From: Candidatus Thorarchaeota archaeon
Lineage (GTDB): Archaea > Asgardarchaeota > Thorarchaeia > Thorarchaeales > Thorarchaeaceae
Length of the DNA: 45,117 nt
Direction of reading: 5' to 3'
Assembly: GCA_048882325.1 (NCBI GenBank)
Contig: JBHLRS010000001.1
Location: 149,657-194,773 of the forward strand
Both the position numbers and the translations under genes were made by a program. How positions within the stretch are numbered: position 1 is the first letter of the stretch; each line of letters opens with the position of its first letter. The notes under the pieces are model-generated. The model searched no databases. It saw only the letters and a list, made by a program, of their open reading frames with translations, and was not told where the DNA came from. This document shows, piece after piece, positions 8,932 through 17,071 of this stretch.

Positions 8932-9363
8932 ATGGGATTCTTCAGCGTACTAGGTGACTGTTTTCAGATACTGAAACACACATTCAGACAAGTCTTCATG
9001 AGACCGTTCACGTACTTCTACCCCTTTGAAGACCGGATATATCCGGAGCGGACAAGAGGCAGACACATCCACGTTCGTGAGAACTGCACAGCCTGTTCAC
9101 AGTGTGTCAAAGCCTGTCCAGTAATTGCTATCCGGATGGACAAGGAGGATAAGATGTTCGAGAAGGACTGCGCTTTGTACTTTGACTATACTCGCTGCAT
9201 TTTCTGTGGTCTATGTACTCAAGCTTGCAAGTTTGATGCTCTATTCCATACTCCAATTGTCGACTTGAGTGAGGGTGACCGTGAAGATCTCCTATATGGA
9301 CCAGACAAGATAGAAACACTTGACCGAGACCCACTGAAGTGGCGAGGGAGGGAGTTCCGTTAA
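8932..9363 (+). CDS. nuoI: Complex I-like subunit I (2x[4Fe-4S])
   Basis: TYFYPFE, RGRH, CTACSQCVKACP and CIFCGLCTQACK. Confidence 0.93.
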   Translation: MGFFSVLGDCFQILKHTFRQVFMRPFTYFYPFEDRIYPERTRGRHIHVRENCTACSQCVKACPVIAIRMDKEDKMFEKDCALYFDYTRCIFCGLCTQACKFDALFHTPIVDLSEGDREDLLYGPDKIETLDRDPLKWRGREFR

Positions 9364-10911
9364 ATGCAGCTCTTCGATCTTGCATCTATCCCATATGCAG
9401 CACTATCTCTTGCAGTGCTTTTCATTGGAGGTCTCCTGATCTATGCCCTCAAGGACAATTTCGCACACTCTGCAGGAAAGGTAGCTGTCGGATTTTCTGG
9501 AATCGCATCCCTCTTGATGGTCTATCCGTTCTACTTAATATTCTCAGACCCAGAAACACCCTATACTGAATACGCTACATGGTCTGGACTGTTAGAGCAA
9601 TTCGGTCTCAAGCTGGATGGTGTCGCCTTTCCAATCACATTTGCAGTTGTAGTTCTTGGTTTCCTATCAGTAGTCTATGCAGTTGGTTATACAGAGCATA
9701 GTGAGAACAAAGCCACCTTCTTCGCAAATCAGCTCTTCTTCCTGATGGGTATGCAATGGGTCACCCTAGCCACGAATTTAATCGAATTCTTCATCGCTTG
9801 GGAACTAATGCTAGTACCTAGCTACTTCCTAATCCTATTCTGGGGTCTGCCTGAGACCCGGAAGCGGACTGCCATGAAGTTCTGGCTGTACACACAGTCT
9901 GGTGCAGTGTGTATCATGGTTGGTTTTGGCATTCTGTACTCTCTAACTGGTTCTTTTGACTTGGCACTGATTCAACCAGCTATAGCAACTGTTCCTCTAT
10001 ATGCTCTGGTCCCAGGTCTTGGTATCACCTTTGAAACCTTGTTGAAAATTATCTTCCTTCTCCTTGCTGCTGGTTTTCTCGTAAAGATGGCAGTGTTCCC
10101 AATCCATTGGTGGCTCCCACCAGTTCACGCAGAGGCTCCTACGCCAATCTCAGTCCTGCTGTCTGGTGCGATGATTGAAACCGGTGCATATGCGTTAGTA
10201 CGTTTTGGGTCGCTCACACTATCGGTTGCTGCATATCAATTATCGATTTTTGTAGCTGGCTTGGGAGTTATCACCATGTTCTATGGTGGGTTCATGGCAC
10301 TGGCCCAGATTGACATTAAGAGACTCCTCGCATATTCGTCCGTTTCACAGATGGGATATGTGCTCTTCGCTTTGGGTGTCTACGCACCAACGGGTGCGGC
10401 AGGTGGAATGTTCCATCTCATCAATCACGCCTTCTCGAAGGGTCTCTTGTTTATGACCGCAGGTGCTGTCATTCATCAGACTGGACTACGTGACATCACA
10501 AAGATGGGCGGTCTCTCAAACAAGATGCCCATCACTGCTTTCGCAGCAGCCATAGGTATGATGAGCATTGCTGGTAGTCCACCTCTTTCAGGATTTGCCA
10601 GCGAGTGGATGATGTTCCTTGGTGGTTTTGAACGTGCAATTGATGGAGTCGCAATCGCGAGCCTCCCGTTCCTCATATTGACCATCATCGCGGTGTCAAG
10701 TTCAATCCTCAGTGCAGGCTACATGCTACGCTTCTTCTGGAAGGTCTTCCTAGGTCCTCATCCTGATGAGCTAGAAGACGTCAAGGAGAGTTCAAACTCC
10801 ATGACCATACCGATGATCATACTTGGAGTTCTCATTGTAATCTTTGGAATATTCCCAGGACTGGCACTTGATGTCATTGTCCCGGCAGTACAAGGAATCG
10901 TATACCCGTGA
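9364..10911 (+). CDS. nuoM: Complex I-like antiporter subunit M, copy 1
   Basis: WELMLVP, VKMAVFPIHWWLPPVHAEAP, KRLLAYSSVSQMG, GFASEW (NuoM-type Glu in TM12). No NuoL-type C-terminal extension. Confidence 0.82.
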   Translation: MQLFDLASIPYAALSLAVLFIGGLLIYALKDNFAHSAGKVAVGFSGIASLLMVYPFYLIFSDPETPYTEYATWSGLLEQFGLKLDGVAFPITFAVVVLGFLSVVYAVGYTEHSENKATFFANQLFFLMGMQWVTLATNLIEFFIAWELMLVPSYFLILFWGLPETRKRTAMKFWLYTQSGAVCIMVGFGILYSLTGSFDLALIQPAIATVPLYALVPGLGITFETLLKIIFLLLAAGFLVKMAVFPIHWWLPPVHAEAPTPISVLLSGAMIETGAYALVRFGSLTLSVAAYQLSIFVAGLGVITMFYGGFMALAQIDIKRLLAYSSVSQMGYVLFALGVYAPTGAAGGMFHLINHAFSKGLLFMTAGAVIHQTGLRDITKMGGLSNKMPITAFAAAIGMMSIAGSPPLSGFASEWMMFLGGFERAIDGVAIASLPFLILTIIAVSSSILSAGYMLRFFWKVFLGPHPDELEDVKESSNSMTIPMIILGVLIVIFGIFPGLALDVIVPAVQGIVYP

Positions 10912-10921
10912 GGTGATTAAG

Positions 10922-13237
10922 ATGTTGCTAGGTCTACCATACTATCTGATCCTCGTCATTCCACTTGGTGGCTCACTGCTAGTACCCCTCTTTGGAAGAT
11001 ACAGTGTGAAACTTAGAGACTGGGCTCCAGCAATCTTCATGGGTATCACTATGGTCCTCTGTTGGTCCCTCCTACCTGATATTGGACATGGCAATCCAAG
11101 TTGGGACTGGATTAATATTGTCATCAATGGAGAGGATGTTCTTGTTGTTCCATTTGGAATGCTCCTCGACCCCCTCTCTGTGATCATGGCTATTTTGGCA
11201 AGTACACTCTGTTTCCTCATCTATGTGTATAGCACCGAATACATGGCTCATGAAGGAGACCGTAGTCGATTCTTCTTCCTGATGTTAGCCTTCGGTGGTG
11301 GTATGCTTACACTTGTTCTAAGCGACAACCTACTGATTGCGTTTATTGGTTGGGAGATAATGGGCTTTTGCAGCTACGGTCTCATTGGATTCTGGAACGA
11401 CAAGAGGAATCCTCCAGAGGAAGACCCGACTGGATACGAGCAGACTAACCCAATTCTCCAATGGGAGAAAGAGGGAGACTACAACTCCTATGCAGGTACA
11501 AAGGCGTTTATCGTCACGAGAATTGGTGACGCGTTTATGCTAGGTGGTATTTTACTACTGTTCATGTTCACAGGCACATTCCTCTTCTCAGACTTGATGG
11601 ATCCTTTGACTGCTTCTAACGATTGGTGGGTCAACATGTCCTCCGCAGGTGTCTTGATTCCAGCGCTACTTCTCATCTTCTTGGGCGCAATTGGCAAGTC
11701 CGGACAGTTCCCGTTGCAGGTGTGGCTCCCAGAGGCTATGGCAGGTCCCACAAGTGTTAGTGCATTGATTCATGCTGCCACCATGGTGAAGGCTGGAGTC
11801 TATATCACCGCACGGTTCCTAGTCACGATAGTGAGTGCATCAGGAATCGAGGGAGAGATTGCGTCGCCAAGCACTGGTATCACAGCAGCCCAAGCTCTGG
11901 GCTTTGAAGCCGCACTGACCTTTTTCATAATTGTTTCAGTGATTGGTGCAATTACCGCGTTACTGACCGCGACAATGGGCATGGTGTCCAATGAGCTAAA
12001 ACAGATACTCGCTTTCTCAACTTTGTCACAGCTCGGATACATGATGTTGGCGCTCGGAGTGGGTGGTGTTCTACAAGCAGTTCCCGCACTGCATGAAACC
12101 TATAGTCATGCGTATTTGAGTGGCGTGTTACACGTTGTTTCACATGGAGCATTCAAGGCACTTTTGTTCCTCGCATCAGGAGCTGTAATTCATGCTGTGC
12201 ATACGAAATACATCTCAAAGATGGGTGGCCTTCGAAAGCACATGCGGAAGACATTCATAGTCATGTGGGTAGGTGTCCTCGCACTAGCTGGAATCCCACC
12301 ATTCTCGGGATTCTGGTCAAAAGACTCTATCATCGAATACACCTATGAGCTTGCTGCTCACTGGTACAATCCACTTGGATGGGTTCTATTCCTTTTTGCA
12401 GTGCTTGCTGCAGCCTGTACAATCTTTTACAGCTTCAGGTTGATGGGTTTAACGTTTTACGGACCATCAGAACATAGCTCTCACGACTCACATGATTCAC
12501 ATGAATCACATAGTGAAGAGAGTGAAGAGAGTGAAGAGAGTGAAGAGAGTGAAGAACATGAAGACGAAGTGCATCCCAACGATCATCATCAGACACCGCA
12601 TGATCCAGGACCAGCAATGATGGTGCCTCTTTACATCTTGGCAGCTTTCACAATCCTCGCCTTTGTTGTTTTTCCGTTCATCCAGAACATTGCACTTGGT
12701 GAGCCTGAAGCGTGGAGCGATATCATGTCCGAGATGATTCTTGCGAAGCTTACTATGCCTGGAATAATCCCGTTTGCGATCACCCTGGGGGCGTTAGCGG
12801 TTGGAGGTATTCCTGGTTACGTGATTTACATTAGGAACGCTGACCGACCGAACGCTATTATCGGTGACACTGGAATTAGACGCAAGATGTACAACCTCCT
12901 GAAGCACAGGTGGTACATCAATGAGGGATATCACTGGCTTCTCAACAAGTTTCTCAACTTTGCTGAGATGTGGCGTGTCAATGTGGACGACAAGGTCATT
13001 GATGGCATTGACTTCAAGTCTGCCGATGCAGCGATTGCCATATCAACAAAGGTGCGATGGTTCGACGACAATGTAGTCGACGGATTTGCAGAAGGTGTGT
13101 CCACACGGAGTGTAAGGACTTCTGAAACCGGGCTCGCAGAAACTCAGACTGGAAGAATCAATGACTATGTCAGCGTTGTGATGTTTGGAATTGGGATATT
13201 GGTCTTGCTAGCGCTGATTTCACTGGGGGTAATATAG
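10922..13237 (+). CDS. nuoL: Complex I-like antiporter subunit L with extended lateral helix
   Basis: WEIMG, RIGD, GKSGQFPLQVWLPEAMAGPT, HAATMVKAG, STLSQLG, HGAFKALLFL, FWSKD, then a C-terminal helix and QTG plus a final TM. Start placed at ATG 10922 behind GAGGTGA. Confidence 0.93.
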   Translation: MLLGLPYYLILVIPLGGSLLVPLFGRYSVKLRDWAPAIFMGITMVLCWSLLPDIGHGNPSWDWINIVINGEDVLVVPFGMLLDPLSVIMAILASTLCFLIYVYSTEYMAHEGDRSRFFFLMLAFGGGMLTLVLSDNLLIAFIGWEIMGFCSYGLIGFWNDKRNPPEEDPTGYEQTNPILQWEKEGDYNSYAGTKAFIVTRIGDAFMLGGILLLFMFTGTFLFSDLMDPLTASNDWWVNMSSAGVLIPALLLIFLGAIGKSGQFPLQVWLPEAMAGPTSVSALIHAATMVKAGVYITARFLVTIVSASGIEGEIASPSTGITAAQALGFEAALTFFIIVSVIGAITALLTATMGMVSNELKQILAFSTLSQLGYMMLALGVGGVLQAVPALHETYSHAYLSGVLHVVSHGAFKALLFLASGAVIHAVHTKYISKMGGLRKHMRKTFIVMWVGVLALAGIPPFSGFWSKDSIIEYTYELAAHWYNPLGWVLFLFAVLAAACTIFYSFRLMGLTFYGPSEHSSHDSHDSHESHSEESEESEESEESEEHEDEVHPNDHHQTPHDPGPAMMVPLYILAAFTILAFVVFPFIQNIALGEPEAWSDIMSEMILAKLTMPGIIPFAITLGALAVGGIPGYVIYIRNADRPNAIIGDTGIRRKMYNLLKHRWYINEGYHWLLNKFLNFAEMWRVNVDDKVIDGIDFKSADAAIAISTKVRWFDDNVVDGFAEGVSTRSVRTSETGLAETQTGRINDYVSVVMFGIGILVLLALISLGVI
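12479..12556 (+). repeat. In-frame 9-bp tandem repeats in nuoL (SHD/SHE units, then SEE x5)
   Basis: AGTGAAGAG x4 perfect (12512-12547) plus AGTGAAGAA, preceded by TCTCACGAC/TCACATGAT/TCACATGAA. Confidence 0.9.
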
Positions 13238-13238
13238 A

Positions 13239-14864
13239 ATGCAAGTAGATTTTGCCATAAACATCTTGAACTCGTTGCCATTCGGACCACTGGGATTCAT
13301 GCTACTTCTCCCCGTCGTTGCTGCCTTCATAGCTTATTTTGCAGGAAAAGGCGCTAGAGTGATTGCGCTTCTTGTAACCGCTGTTGAACTTGGGCTCTCA
13401 GCCTTGCTTGTCCTTGGTGTCAATCCAATGGCAATCGAGCAGACCACAATACAAAATGCTGGGATGCAATTCGTCGATGTCTTTGTTATGGGCACCATTC
13501 CAATTGGAGAGGACCTAACAACAAACTTTCAATTCATACTGGGAGTTGATGGATTATCAGCAGTGATGCTTCTATTGTCAAACCTAGTTGTGTTCATTGC
13601 AGCCATCAGTTCGAACCACATTCACAAGTCTGAAGGATTCTACTACTCCCTATTCCTACTGCTTCAGGTTGGTCTAATGGGTGTGTTCATGTCATTGGAT
13701 TTGATCGGCTTTTTCATCTTCTGGGAATTGGTTCTCATCCCAATGTTCTTCATCATTGGAAGATGGGGGGAGGAAGGCTGTGAACATGCAGCTGTGAAGT
13801 TCTTCATCTATACTCATCTTGGCTCAGCAGTTATGCTTGTTGCATTCTTTGTGATATACCTGATTGCTGGAGCTGAAAGAAACATCTACACCTTTGCATT
13901 GATTCAGCTCTCTGAAACTGGTCCTGAAGGTTTGAGAACACTCCTACCAACACTGGCACCAATGGTCCAGATCGGGTTTGCATTAGCCATCTTCATGGGT
14001 GCAGGAGTCAAGTTGCCAGTCTGGCCTTTACACAACTGGCTTCCATGGGCTCATGTTAAAGCTCCAACACCAGGTTCTGTTATACTCGCAGGTATCCTAT
14101 TGAAGATGGGCGGTTACACATTCATTCGACTTGGACTCTGGCTCGTGCCCAGTGCCTTTACACGATTGAGTATACCTTTCGCAGCTTTAGCCATCTTCAC
14201 TTGTATCTATGCAGCATTTACTGCAATGGCCCAGACCGATGTGAAAAGTCTCGTAGCGTACACATCAATCAACCACATGTCATGGGTTTTACTTGGTGTA
14301 GCTGTGGCATCATTCGCCATTGGTCTTGATCCTGCAGTTGCAGAGAACCTTCGCTTCATCAATGCCGCGAATCTTGCTCTTCAAGGTTCAATCTTCATGA
14401 TGTTCAGCCACGGAACAATCATCTCTGTAATGTTCATAATGGCCGGGCAGCTCAAATACTCTGCAGGCACACGACAGATTCCTGACATACAAGGTCTCAT
14501 GAACAAGGCACCTCGAATGTCAGCAATCCTTATTCTAGCATCATTTGCAGCCTTTGGTCTACCTGGGTTCAGTGGCTTCATTGCTGAAGCCCTTGTCATA
14601 TTTGGTTCAGTGGTTGTTTATCTCTGGGCTGGACTCATAACGTTCGGAATCTTTGTGACTGTCGGCTATGTTCTCTGGATGTTAAACCGAATGGTGTTCA
14701 GTGATCCGGATCCAGAGAAAGAGGTGTCTGAGGCACCATGGAGCGACCTCATTGCACCAATACTCATGATGATACCAGTCATCCTCTTGGGTGTATGGCC
14801 TGACCTGGTTCTTGACTTCACACAAGCTGTTGTTAACTTCATCATAGGAGGTATTGCACCATGA
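13239..14864 (+). CDS. nuoM: Complex I-like antiporter subunit M, copy 2
   Basis: FWELVLIPMFF, KFFIYT, VKLPVWPLHNWLPWAHVKAP, AGILLKMGGY, GLPGFSGFIAE. Confidence 0.92.
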   Translation: MQVDFAINILNSLPFGPLGFMLLLPVVAAFIAYFAGKGARVIALLVTAVELGLSALLVLGVNPMAIEQTTIQNAGMQFVDVFVMGTIPIGEDLTTNFQFILGVDGLSAVMLLLSNLVVFIAAISSNHIHKSEGFYYSLFLLLQVGLMGVFMSLDLIGFFIFWELVLIPMFFIIGRWGEEGCEHAAVKFFIYTHLGSAVMLVAFFVIYLIAGAERNIYTFALIQLSETGPEGLRTLLPTLAPMVQIGFALAIFMGAGVKLPVWPLHNWLPWAHVKAPTPGSVILAGILLKMGGYTFIRLGLWLVPSAFTRLSIPFAALAIFTCIYAAFTAMAQTDVKSLVAYTSINHMSWVLLGVAVASFAIGLDPAVAENLRFINAANLALQGSIFMMFSHGTIISVMFIMAGQLKYSAGTRQIPDIQGLMNKAPRMSAILILASFAAFGLPGFSGFIAEALVIFGSVVVYLWAGLITFGIFVTVGYVLWMLNRMVFSDPDPEKEVSEAPWSDLIAPILMMIPVILLGVWPDLVLDFTQAVVNFIIGGIAP

Positions 14865-16399
14865 TGCTTCAACTCGTAGATATCGCGAACCAAATTCGTG
14901 AATTACTTGAACCATTAAAGGATGTGTTACTTGACATAGTTCCTGCAAGCTGGCTCATGTCACTTCCTGCACTGACACTGGTTCTCTTCGCAATCTTGGC
15001 ATTAATCGTCGGTATGCGGTATAATCCGCTAGGACTAAGCTTCGTTGGTGTCTTACTTGCAGCTCTTGAGATGATAATCCTGAACCCTCTTGATTCTGAG
15101 ATTGCTGCCATTACAGGAGGAGTTTCGTTTGGACAGTTTGCCCGAGATCCTATGGCTGACTTGTTCATCTATATTATTCTGATAGTTGGTTTTCTGGTCT
15201 TGATGTCCTCAACTCTCTATGGGGGTGACAAGGGGCCATACAACTTCATGCTATTGATATCCTTCGCTGGCGCCATATGGGTCGTGATGGCTACTGATCT
15301 CGTGGGACTCTTTTTAGCGTGGGAATTGATGTCAACACCAACATACATACTTGTAGCATTAGGACCTGGTCGAGAAGCAATTGATGGAGCGACCAAGTAC
15401 TTTGTCATGGGACTTCTTGCAACAATGATGATGGTGTTTGGTATAGCCATAATATACGGGGTCACTGGTCAAACCAATCTTGTGGAGGTTGCAACTTATG
15501 TTGATGGAGTCTGGACTGGATCGACTCCAAATGCGGCATACACGATCCTTCTTGCAGTGGTCTTATTCATCGTTTCATTCGGATTCAAGGTGGGTGTATT
15601 CCCAGGATGGCAATGGGTGCCTGATGCTTATGCCAGTGCAGATGGGAGTGTTACAGCATACCTTGCCGGAGGTTCCAAGAAAACGGGAGTTGGTGCATTG
15701 ATGAGAATTCTCGTTGTAGGATTTGTCATCGCTCAGACTCAATGGACAGTCGTCATTGTTGGAGTGGCAATCCTCACAATGATTATTGGGAATGTACTCG
15801 CACTCGCTCAAAGGGACATCATGAGGATGCTTGCGTATAGTAGTGTTGCCATGATGGGATATCTCTTCATTGGCCTAGCATCAGCTATGAATCCCGTTGA
15901 TGTTCCGAGTACGACTGCATATACTCTAGGTGTAGGTGCAGCTCTCTTCATGGCATTCACCCATGCAATCATGAAGACCCCCGCATTCATTTTAGTGTGG
16001 GTTCTATCAATCGCTCTTTCGAAAAGAATTACTTATGATGACCTTGCTGGACTTAGCAAGAGAGCTCCACTTGCAGCGGGGCTATTCACCATTCTAATGT
16101 TATCCTTAGCTGGAATGCCTCTCACAGTCGGGTTCTATTCAAAACTGCTACTCTTCCTGAGTGCGGCAGCTGCAGGTATGTGGTGGCTCGCGCTGATTGG
16201 ACTCCTTAACTCAGTGTTCTCTTTGGGCTACTATTTGCGAGTCATAAGGTACGCCTATATGGAAAAAGCCACGGATGATACTAGTATCAAGTTGCCAACG
16301 GTTCCACTTGTGGCGGTAGTTCTCTGTGTCATCGCTGTGATTGGGCTATTCTTTGCTCCGTGGATAATCTTAGATTATGCGTATGCAGCTGTCCCATAA
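14861..16399 (+). CDS. nuoN: Complex I-like antiporter subunit N
   Basis: WELMSTPTYIL, KYFVMG, GFKVGVFP...WVPDAY, RMLAYSS, SLAGMPLTVGFYSK, YYLR. Confidence 0.92.
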   Translation: MMLQLVDIANQIRELLEPLKDVLLDIVPASWLMSLPALTLVLFAILALIVGMRYNPLGLSFVGVLLAALEMIILNPLDSEIAAITGGVSFGQFARDPMADLFIYIILIVGFLVLMSSTLYGGDKGPYNFMLLISFAGAIWVVMATDLVGLFLAWELMSTPTYILVALGPGREAIDGATKYFVMGLLATMMMVFGIAIIYGVTGQTNLVEVATYVDGVWTGSTPNAAYTILLAVVLFIVSFGFKVGVFPGWQWVPDAYASADGSVTAYLAGGSKKTGVGALMRILVVGFVIAQTQWTVVIVGVAILTMIIGNVLALAQRDIMRMLAYSSVAMMGYLFIGLASAMNPVDVPSTTAYTLGVGAALFMAFTHAIMKTPAFILVWVLSIALSKRITYDDLAGLSKRAPLAAGLFTILMLSLAGMPLTVGFYSKLLLFLSAAAAGMWWLALIGLLNSVFSLGYYLRVIRYAYMEKATDDTSIKLPTVPLVAVVLCVIAVIGLFFAPWIILDYAYAAVP

Positions 16400-16417
16400 A
16401 ATGAACAGGAAACTTGG

Positions 16418-17008
16418 CTACCTCTGGCGGCCAAGTCTTTCTTCTTCTTTTCTTACTGCGGTTTCAACACACTTCGTAAACATCTTCTCGATGTTTTCAC
16501 CTGTCTTAGCTGAGGTTTCAATATACTCAATGTCTTGCCAATGGCTGAACATCTCTCCAGCTGCGGGTGGAACAACTCGATCCTTCCTATCAACTTTGTT
16601 TGCCACTAAGATAACAACTGCATCTGGTGAGACTGCAATGAAATTGTCATACCAAGATGCACAGTTGAGAAATGTTGGAGGTCTGGTTACATCATATACG
16701 AGAAACGCAATAGATGCTCCTACCATGTATCTAGAGCGGAGATCCTTGTATGTGGGCTGACCCGCTAGGTCCCATAACACTATTTGAGCTGTGGCCTTTT
16801 CTCCTGGATAGACTTCGATATCTACATTTTTCACTGCGATGTTTGTCCCAATTGTTGCTTTATACGACTCACCGAAGCTGTTCTGTGTGTACCTCATGAT
16901 GCAACTTGTTTTGCCTACAGCCCCGTCACCCAATGCTACCATTTTTAGCACATATGCGGGACCTTCTGCTTCCAATACATACCCTTCCTTTGACGGAAGA
17001 TGGTGCAC
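16418..17008 (-). CDS. Rab-like small GTPase (Ras superfamily)
   Basis: G1 GDGAVGKTS, G2 YKATIG, G3 WDLAGQ, G4 NKVD, G5 ETSAK. No C-terminal Cys prenylation motif. Confidence 0.93.
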   Translation of the reverse strand: MHHLPSKEGYVLEAEGPAYVLKMVALGDGAVGKTSCIMRYTQNSFGESYKATIGTNIAVKNVDIEVYPGEKATAQIVLWDLAGQPTYKDLRSRYMVGASIAFLVYDVTRPPTFLNCASWYDNFIAVSPDAVVILVANKVDRKDRVVPPAAGEMFSHWQDIEYIETSAKTGENIEKMFTKCVETAVRKEEERLGRQR

Positions 17009-17071
17009 AATTCAATGATTTAACCATTCTGGGAAATAAGTCAATGAAATGATTTTTTGAATAACTGTAGT

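Noticed and set aside
10844-10921. N-terminal extension of NuoL given by the ORF track
   Set aside because: It overlaps nuoM1; a better ATG with an RBS-like motif is at 10922. Similar over-extensions were trimmed for nuoH, the NADH oxidase, the SnoaL-like gene and others.
12479-12556. Tandem repeats as a CRISPR array
   Set aside because: 9-bp in-frame units with no spacers, inside nuoL; no cas genes in the window.
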